From Nanopusillaceae archaeon (lineage in GTDB: Archaea > Nanobdellota > Nanobdellia > Nanobdellales > Nanobdellaceae), in the NCBI GenBank assembly GCA_049973735.1, contig JBMFJL010000026.1, forward strand, positions 1 to 7,698: a DNA stretch of 7,698 bases, given 5' to 3'. The position numbers and the translations under genes were made by a program. Within the stretch, counting starts at the first letter, position 1; every line of letters starts with the position of its first letter. The notes below the pieces were generated by a model, which was not told the origin of the DNA, searched no databases, and saw nothing but the letters and a program-made list of their open reading frames with translations. Below are positions 1-4,654 of the stretch, piece after piece.

Positions 1-66
1 GTCTTGAATAGCTAAGTTAAAGTTAGCTGCTATCATTTTTAGTAAATTATCTAGTTTATTACTCAT
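1..66 (-). CDS. Partial CDS (5' end only, continues past the left edge); hypothetical protein
   Basis: The reverse strand reads ATG (complement of 64-66) followed by SNKLDNLLKMIAANFNLAIQD, open to the window edge (22 codons). A CTTTTAAAAT box starts 29 nt upstream of this ATG, the same spacing as the other start codons here. The fragment is too short to assign a family. Confidence 0.35.
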   Translation of the reverse strand, partial: MSNKLDNLLKMIAANFNLAIQD

Positions 67-85
67 TAGTAATAAATATCAAATA

Positions 86-95
86 ATTTTAAAAG
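86..95 (-). promoter_or_regulatory. TATA-like A/T box (CTTTTAAAAT on the - strand) for the left-edge gene
   Basis: The box starts 29 nt upstream of the ATG at 66. It closely resembles the top6B box (CTTTAAAAAT, 30 nt upstream). A/T words are common in this DNA, so the support comes from position only. Confidence 0.35.
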
Positions 96-439
96 ATTAA
101 TTGATTTTAAAAACTGGCTATAATCCTAAGTTATGATCAAAATAGAATTAGAAAATAATTTTGCTAATATATAATAAATAAAAATAAAATATTGATTGAA
201 GGATATATAATTAGAAAAAGTAAATTAAAAATAATATAAATGATAAATATCCTATGTATTATGGAATTCTAATAAATAATTGTACTTATGCTATAAAGTT
301 ACTTATATTAATCTACCTTAGTAACCTTTATACTTCAATAATTTTTAGATTTATAGCGTTCATCTAAATTTTGTATAATATTTTGTTTATATAGCTATAT
401 TCTATTTTAAAATTCATTTAGAGACATTTTAATTAAATA

Positions 440-447
440 TTTATATA
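440..447 (+). promoter_or_regulatory. TATA-like box TTTATATA upstream of the ATP-grasp (acdB-like) gene
   Basis: It matches the classical archaeal TATA consensus (TTTAWATA) and starts 30 nt upstream of the ATG at 470. No purine-rich Shine-Dalgarno lies between them (ctataataaaaaATG). Confidence 0.45.
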
Positions 448-469
448 GTTGGCAGATCTATAATAAAAA

Positions 470-1051
470 ATGCTGGCAGAAGGCTTTGAATTACTACAAA
501 AATATGGTATAAAGGTCCCAAAATATTGGGTAGATGAAATACCGTTACATGCTAATTTTCCTTTAGTAATAAAGGCAGATTTGCCGCACAAAACTGAAAA
601 GAATGCTGTTAAGTTAAATATACACGATTATTCCGAATTGAAACAATATTATAAAAGGTTTAAGTTGGAATTTAATACTAAAGTAATAATACAGGAACAA
701 GTAAGAGGAGATTTTAATGAAATAATAGTAGGTATAAAATACGATAAAGTTTTCGGAGATATAGTTTTAGTTGGTATTGGTGGTATATACACAGAATTAA
801 TTAAAGATTTTATAATACTATCTTTTCCATTTACACTAGAAAAATTAAAGATAAGATTAAAATCATTAAAATTTCATAAAATAATCGAAGGATACAGAAA
901 TAAACCCGGTGTAAATATACATCTATTATATAATGAAATATTAAAATTGTATGAATTATATAAAAAAGAAAATTTAAAAGAAATAGAGGTAAATCCTTTA
1001 TTAATAAATGAAAAAGAAGCTTATGCTGTTGATGTTAGGTTTTTAAAATAA
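470..1051 (+). CDS. acdB: ADP-forming acetyl-CoA synthetase (NDP-forming acyl-CoA synthetase), beta subunit / ATP-grasp domain protein
   Basis: 193-aa ORF with an ATG start. It resembles archaeal ACD beta subunits collinearly: ELLQKYGIKVP; FPLVIKADLPHKTEKNAV (cf. HKSDxGGV); EIIVGIKYDKVFGDIVLVGIGGIYTELIKD; GYRNKPGVNI; and C-terminal EIEVNPLL...AVDVRF. Recognised from memory of the family, not from a search. Confidence 0.8.
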   Translation: MLAEGFELLQKYGIKVPKYWVDEIPLHANFPLVIKADLPHKTEKNAVKLNIHDYSELKQYYKRFKLEFNTKVIIQEQVRGDFNEIIVGIKYDKVFGDIVLVGIGGIYTELIKDFIILSFPFTLEKLKIRLKSLKFHKIIEGYRNKPGVNIHLLYNEILKLYELYKKENLKEIEVNPLLINEKEAYAVDVRFLK

Positions 1052-1933
1052 ATTAACATTGTTCTTATTCTCCATAATCTGTATAAAGTTTTCTTCAAAC
1101 CTTATCAAATTACCTACAATAGCATTTATTTTGTTGTATAATTTTATTATTCCCATATTTTCATTAAAATCTTTTTTAGATAACTCTAAATCTTTATCCT
1201 CTCCAGAACTTGCTTTTTCATATAACATTAATATTGCAGATAAAATTAATATATTACCAAAAATGTTTAAATTATCTTTATTTTTTATAAGTTCTTTTTT
1301 TATTAAACTTTTTACCATCCCCATATTTGCGGAATTCAATCTATTTCCACCAAACTTGCTTAAAAATGCCATTGCAATATTGATATAGCTTTCCAATATT
1401 TCATCTGATAATTGATATTTAGTTATTTTTTCATTTATATTCAACAACTCATTCAACTTATTTTCATCATATCTTACAATTTCCTTTCTATAATTTTTGT
1501 CTTTTAATTTTTTTAAGAAGTTATCTACAGATTTTTTATATTCTTCATAATCTTCTTTAAACTTTTTCTTATTTTCTTCGCTTAATAACAATTCAAATAT
1601 TTTTGAATTCTGATCAACTAATTTTTTCATCTTATCAAACATTTTATTTTTTTCTAAAAATTCTTCAAAGGAGCTGTATTTTTTATCTTTGACATCTTTC
1701 AATTTTAACATAGAAAATAGCAGAGTCATGGCCATTACTGATTTATACAAGGATTGCTCTAGGTAATATATAGAATCAGAATAATTTTTATCTTTAAAAC
1801 TATTTTCAGATTTTTCTAAATTCTTTTTAGCTTCTTCAACCAAATTTTTAGAATATTCTAAATTTTCTTTTGGAATATCTTTTAAAGGAGACCTTCCAGC
1901 TAACAGTTTTGCTAAATCAAATATACCTGCCAT
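1043..1933 (-). CDS. Hypothetical protein, all-helical, Lys/Glu/Asn-rich, unknown function
   Basis: 296-aa ORF with an ATG start (complement of 1931-1933). An open frame this long is very unlikely by chance in stop-rich AT-rich DNA. The only competing ORF (1059-1388 +) is a Phe/Ile/Leu-rich antisense shadow. A TCATAAAC box starts 30 nt upstream of the ATG. I recognise no family. Confidence 0.75.
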   Translation of the reverse strand: MAGIFDLAKLLAGRSPLKDIPKENLEYSKNLVEEAKKNLEKSENSFKDKNYSDSIYYLEQSLYKSVMAMTLLFSMLKLKDVKDKKYSSFEEFLEKNKMFDKMKKLVDQNSKIFELLLSEENKKKFKEDYEEYKKSVDNFLKKLKDKNYRKEIVRYDENKLNELLNINEKITKYQLSDEILESYINIAMAFLSKFGGNRLNSANMGMVKSLIKKELIKNKDNLNIFGNILILSAILMLYEKASSGEDKDLELSKKDFNENMGIIKLYNKINAIVGNLIRFEENFIQIMENKNNVNLF

Positions 1934-1955
1934 TTTTTATAATATAAAAAATAAA

Positions 1956-1963
1956 GTTTATGA
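1956..1963 (-). promoter_or_regulatory. TATA-like box TCATAAAC (- strand) overlapping the M20 peptidase stop codon, upstream of the 296-aa gene
   Basis: The - strand reads aatTCATAAACtttattttttatattataaaaaATG. The box starts 30 nt upstream of the ATG at 1933 and contains the TAA stop of the upstream gene (1958-1960). Confidence 0.35.
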
Positions 1964-3166
1964 ATTGGTTATCAGATCCACTATTATTCTTGTATCACTA
2001 ATTATATCATCAATAATAATATATTCGTTTGGCATATGCGCAGATTCATTATATGTGCTCCAAACTATTGCATTCAAATTTTTTTCTCTAAAATATTTTG
2101 CGTAAGTTCCTCCACCAATTCCAATAATATATGGATCTTTACCTTTATGTTTTTTGATTTTTTCCTTTAATTTCTCTAAAAATTCATTATTTGTAAAGTT
2201 TTTTAGAATAGAAGGATAATCTTTGTGTACGATTTCTACATTTACTTTGCAATTATAATTTCTTTCAAATTCTTTGCACACATATAGTATGGTTTCATAT
2301 ACTTCATCTAGATCATAATCTGGTAAAATTCTGCAATCAAAATAAAATACAAATCTACCAGGTACAGTATTTATATTTTCTACATTTTTTTCTACCTTAG
2401 TAGGTTCGAAAGTAGATTTATTAGCAAATAATTTATTTTCTTTATCATATTTTTCATGTAGTACTTTGTCTAGTTGAATTATAAGAAGGGAACCTAGTCT
2501 AGTAGAATTTAAACCATGCTCTGGAGTACTTGCATGTACCTGTCTTCCAATTACTTCGAATTTAACCCATAAAATTCCTTTTTCAGCAATTTCAATCTCT
2601 AAACCATCTTTACTTCCAGCATCTGGTACCAGTATCCAATCTTCTTCCTTAAAAAAATTTGGATAATTTTTTAGAATATATTTTATTCCATAATTACTTC
2701 CAACTTCCTCATCAGAGGCAAGTATTAATCCATAATTGAATTCTGGAACAATATTATAGTCCTTTAATATTTTTGCTACTAGAATTCCTATAACGATTCC
2801 ATTTCCATTATCTTGAACTCCCCTACCATATATTTTATTTCCTTCAACAGTAACATCATATGGATTATATTTCCAAAGCTTTATATCACCTTCTGGAACT
2901 GTATCCATATGAGCAACTATCCAAAAAGTCTTATTTTTGTTTTTTCCATATTTTATTGCAATAATATTAGGTCTAGAACCTTCTTTAACCCTATTATCTG
3001 GTACTTCTATAACTTTTATTTCATCAAATAAATCTTTTATTTTCTCTAGCAATACTTTTGCTCTATTCCATTCTCCTTCTCCACCATTTTCTGGAGCTAT
3101 AGCCTTAATAGGAATAAAGGACTTGTATAAATCTAGAATATATTCTTTATATTTTTCTAAATTCAT
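1958..3166 (-). CDS. M20 family metallopeptidase (ArgE/DapE/ACY1/CPG2-type deacylase or peptidase)
   Basis: M20 metal-ligand motifs occur in order: AHMDTVPEGD...W, IYGRGVQDNGNG, ASDEEVGS, ESAHMPNEY. The ORF-track start at 3175 is a TTG (complement of 3173-3175 is caa). The first ATG is at 3164-3166 (MNLEKYKEY...), and I prefer it because of the promoter geometry. The maximal ORF is 1958-3175. Confidence 0.85.
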   Translation of the reverse strand: MNLEKYKEYILDLYKSFIPIKAIAPENGGEGEWNRAKVLLEKIKDLFDEIKVIEVPDNRVKEGSRPNIIAIKYGKNKNKTFWIVAHMDTVPEGDIKLWKYNPYDVTVEGNKIYGRGVQDNGNGIVIGILVAKILKDYNIVPEFNYGLILASDEEVGSNYGIKYILKNYPNFFKEEDWILVPDAGSKDGLEIEIAEKGILWVKFEVIGRQVHASTPEHGLNSTRLGSLLIIQLDKVLHEKYDKENKLFANKSTFEPTKVEKNVENINTVPGRFVFYFDCRILPDYDLDEVYETILYVCKEFERNYNCKVNVEIVHKDYPSILKNFTNNEFLEKLKEKIKKHKGKDPYIIGIGGGTYAKYFREKNLNAIVWSTYNESAHMPNEYIIIDDIISDTRIIVDLITNS

Positions 3167-3172
3167 AAATTT
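3163..3172 (+). promoter_or_regulatory. TATA-like box TCATAAATTT for the dUTPase gene; left arm of a 10-bp inverted repeat
   Basis: The box starts 29 nt upstream of the ATG at 3192. It contains the complement (CAT) of the M20 peptidase ATG. It is the perfect reverse complement of 3186-3195. Confidence 0.45.
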
Positions 3173-3185
3173 CAAATTAGTTTAA

Positions 3186-3195
3186 AAATTTATGA
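3186..3195 (-). promoter_or_regulatory. TATA-like box TCATAAATTT (- strand) for the M20 peptidase gene; right arm of the inverted repeat
   Basis: On the - strand the box starts 29 nt upstream of the ATG at 3166. It contains the complement of the dUTPase ATG (3192-3194). Confidence 0.45.
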
Positions 3196-3770
3196 GTGTT
3201 TTAAATGGTGAAGATATAAAAAATTTTGTAGAAGATTATGTGAAAGTAAATCCTGCAGGAATAGATATAAAACCAAAGAAAATATATAAAATACCATTAA
3301 AAAAAATAAAATATGGGATTATTGATGGGGATAAGAGATATTTTTATCATGATTTAGACATAAATATATTTGAGAATTTGATGAATATTGAAGTAAATGG
3401 GGAAAATAGGCTAAATATTATAAAAGAATCGATAAAAAAGATACCGGATAGCTTTATTGAAATAAAACCAAAGAACAATTATTGGGTATTGAACAGAGGA
3501 TATTATTATGTTGTATTTCCAAAGGTCAAAATACCAAAAGATTGCATTGCAATATCTTTTCCCAGGTCTACATTTAACAGGATGGGGATATTGAAATTTG
3601 AATCAGCATTATTCGATCCAGGATATGAAGGAGAATTTACGCAGACATATTATTTTCCAATAAAGTTTAAAATAAATATAAACGAAGCCTGGATTCAGCT
3701 AGTATTCTTCAGGTTAGAAAAAGAGTCTAAGGAAGGATATAAAGGATACTGGTATGGAGAGAAATATTAA
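3192..3770 (+). CDS. dut: dUTP diphosphatase of the dCTP deaminase/dUTPase (DCD-DUT) superfamily, archaeal type
   Basis: 192-aa ORF with an ATG start. Superfamily core: PRSTFNRMGIL....FDPGYEGEF (cf. RSSlaRlG...IDpGf.G). N-terminal (D)IKNF....NPAGIDIK and C-terminal IQLVFFRLEKES..GYKGYWYGEKY resemble archaeal Dut-type members as I remember them. The position of the deaminase catalytic Glu (..LE..) reads TQTYYF. Confidence 0.7.
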   Translation: MSVLNGEDIKNFVEDYVKVNPAGIDIKPKKIYKIPLKKIKYGIIDGDKRYFYHDLDINIFENLMNIEVNGENRLNIIKESIKKIPDSFIEIKPKNNYWVLNRGYYYVVFPKVKIPKDCIAISFPRSTFNRMGILKFESALFDPGYEGEFTQTYYFPIKFKININEAWIQLVFFRLEKESKEGYKGYWYGEKY

Positions 3771-4356
3771 TTTCTTAAATAATCTATTTTATTTTTCTAT
3801 ATTTATCTTATATCATTTTTCATTGTATTTCCTATATCTTTCTATTTATATGTATGTAAAAAATATTTTACTTTTATTTGTAATTTATTTTATACAGGAT
3901 ATTCTATTATTGTTAGCAATATTTTACTACACAAAAATCGATAAGAAAATTTCAACTCATTTTTATCTATTAACTGCTATTATTTTCTATATGCTTTTAC
4001 ATAATTTATTTTCAATAAGTGGTTATTATTTTTCATTTCCAAATTTAATTAATCAAATAATTTTGACGGTTTATCTAGTTATCTATTTATTTATATTTAA
4101 AGAAATCTTAAATAATTTACAAAAATTTTTTGAATATTTTGGAATCAAAATGATTTACAGTATATTTGAAATTTTACTATATACGTATATAATTTTTTCT
4201 ATAGTAACAATTTTCCTTGAAAATTTTGTCTTTTTTCTTATAAACCTAATATTATCTATAATCTATTCATTATACTCTACTTTTGCATTCATTTTATTCT
4301 CAAAAAAACTATACGAATTAAAATATAGATATACACAAAATTCTTCCCAAATATGA
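3754..4356 (+). CDS. Hypothetical polytopic membrane protein (about 6 TM segments)
   Basis: 200-aa ORF with ATG at 3754, overlapping the dut stop by 17 nt. Six hydrophobic stretches lie at roughly residues 9-32, 36-59, 69-85, 98-115, 131-155 and 158-183. No competing ORF appears on the other strand. No A/T box lies 30 nt upstream of 3754, so the gene is probably co-transcribed with dut. An alternative in-frame ATG at 3850 would drop TM1. Confidence 0.65.
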   Translation: MERNINFLNNLFYFSIFILYHFSLYFLYLSIYMYVKNILLLFVIYFIQDILLLLAIFYYTKIDKKISTHFYLLTAIIFYMLLHNLFSISGYYFSFPNLINQIILTVYLVIYLFIFKEILNNLQKFFEYFGIKMIYSIFEILLYTYIIFSIVTIFLENFVFFLINLILSIIYSLYSTFAFILFSKKLYELKYRYTQNSSQI

Positions 4357-4368
4357 TCGAGAATCCTT

Positions 4369-4377
4369 TAATAAATA
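4369..4377 (+). promoter_or_regulatory. TATA-like box TAATAAATA upstream of the PDCD5-like gene
   Basis: The box starts 31 nt upstream of the ATG at 4400, and its centre is 27 nt upstream. The same exact 9-mer serves top6A on the other strand. Confidence 0.45.
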
Positions 4378-4399
4378 TAATCAATAAATCTAGATAATT

Positions 4400-4654
4400 A
4401 TGGAAAAGAAGGATAAAAAATTGGAAGAAGAACTAAATAAAATATATTTATTTATAAAACCATATCTAACAAAAGAAGCGCTCCAGAGATTGTCGAATAT
4501 AAAATTAGTCTATCCAGATCGATATATTAAAGTATTATTAATATTATATCAAAATATACAAGCCGGGAGGATTGAAAAAGTAGATGAGGAATTATTAAAG
4601 AAAATTCTATTACAACTATCAGATAAAAGAAAGCCAGAAATACATATAGATTAG
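4400..4654 (+). CDS. PDCD5/TFAR19-family double-stranded-DNA-binding protein (archaeal MTH1615-like)
   Basis: 84-aa ORF. LTKEALQRLSNIKLVYPDRYIKVLLILYQNIQAGRIEKVDEELLKKILLQLSDKRKPEIHI is collinear with the conserved core of this family (ILTPEAR.RL.N..L..P.....E..L..LA..G.....I.DE.L...L......). An in-frame stop 9 nt upstream fixes the ATG. Confidence 0.75.
   Translation: MEKKDKKLEEELNKIYLFIKPYLTKEALQRLSNIKLVYPDRYIKVLLILYQNIQAGRIEKVDEELLKKILLQLSDKRKPEIHID

Noticed and set aside
254-367. 37-codon hydrophobic small ORF (MYYGILINNCTYAIKLLILIYLSNLYTSIIFRFIAFI) in the long spacer
   Set aside because: This is the composition expected from a T-rich strand. No A/T box lies 29-31 nt upstream of its ATG (the region around 223-233 is aaattaaaaat, not a good box). 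It is short enough to arise by chance. It is worth checking only if transcription or ribosome-profiling data exist.
67-469. Replication origin or CRISPR leader as an explanation for the long AT-rich spacer
   Set aside because: I see no ORB or mini-ORB-like repeats with G-strings, no flanking orc1/cdc6 gene in the window, and no CRISPR repeats or cas genes adjacent. I cannot exclude an atypical origin, but nothing in the sequence positively supports one.
1059-1388. 109-aa ORF on the + strand
   Set aside because: It lies wholly antisense to the 296-aa gene. Its Phe/Ile/Leu/Ser-rich translation is what the reverse complement of Lys/Glu/Asn-rich coding DNA produces. It has no A/T box at the usual offset and no recognisable motif, so it is a shadow ORF.
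1043-1933. HEPN RNase toxin / toxin-antitoxin reading of the 296-aa protein
   Set aside because: The protein has no His at all, so it cannot carry an Rx4-6H motif. No minimal nucleotidyltransferase or other small partner gene is adjacent. The resemblance is limited to generic helix-pair patterns.
1972-2013. C/D-box sRNA-like pattern on the - strand (TTGATGA ... CTGA, 42 nt)
   Set aside because: It lies inside the M20 peptidase C-terminal coding sequence, where GATGAT simply encodes Asp-Asp. The first C-box base is non-consensus, there are no C' or D' boxes and no terminal stem, and it is shorter than typical archaeal C/D sRNAs.
3173-3175. TTG start for the M20 peptidase (the ORF-track start)
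   Set aside because: The codon is TTG, and an ATG follows three codons later at 3164-3166. The ATG sits at the standard distance from an A/T box and is part of the perfect inverted repeat with the dut start. I cannot exclude the TTG without N-terminal data.
2813-3185. Two + strand ORFs (2813-3031 and 2937-3185)
   Set aside because: Both are antisense to the well-supported M20 peptidase CDS. Their translations are low-complexity and hydrophobic, so they are shadow ORFs.
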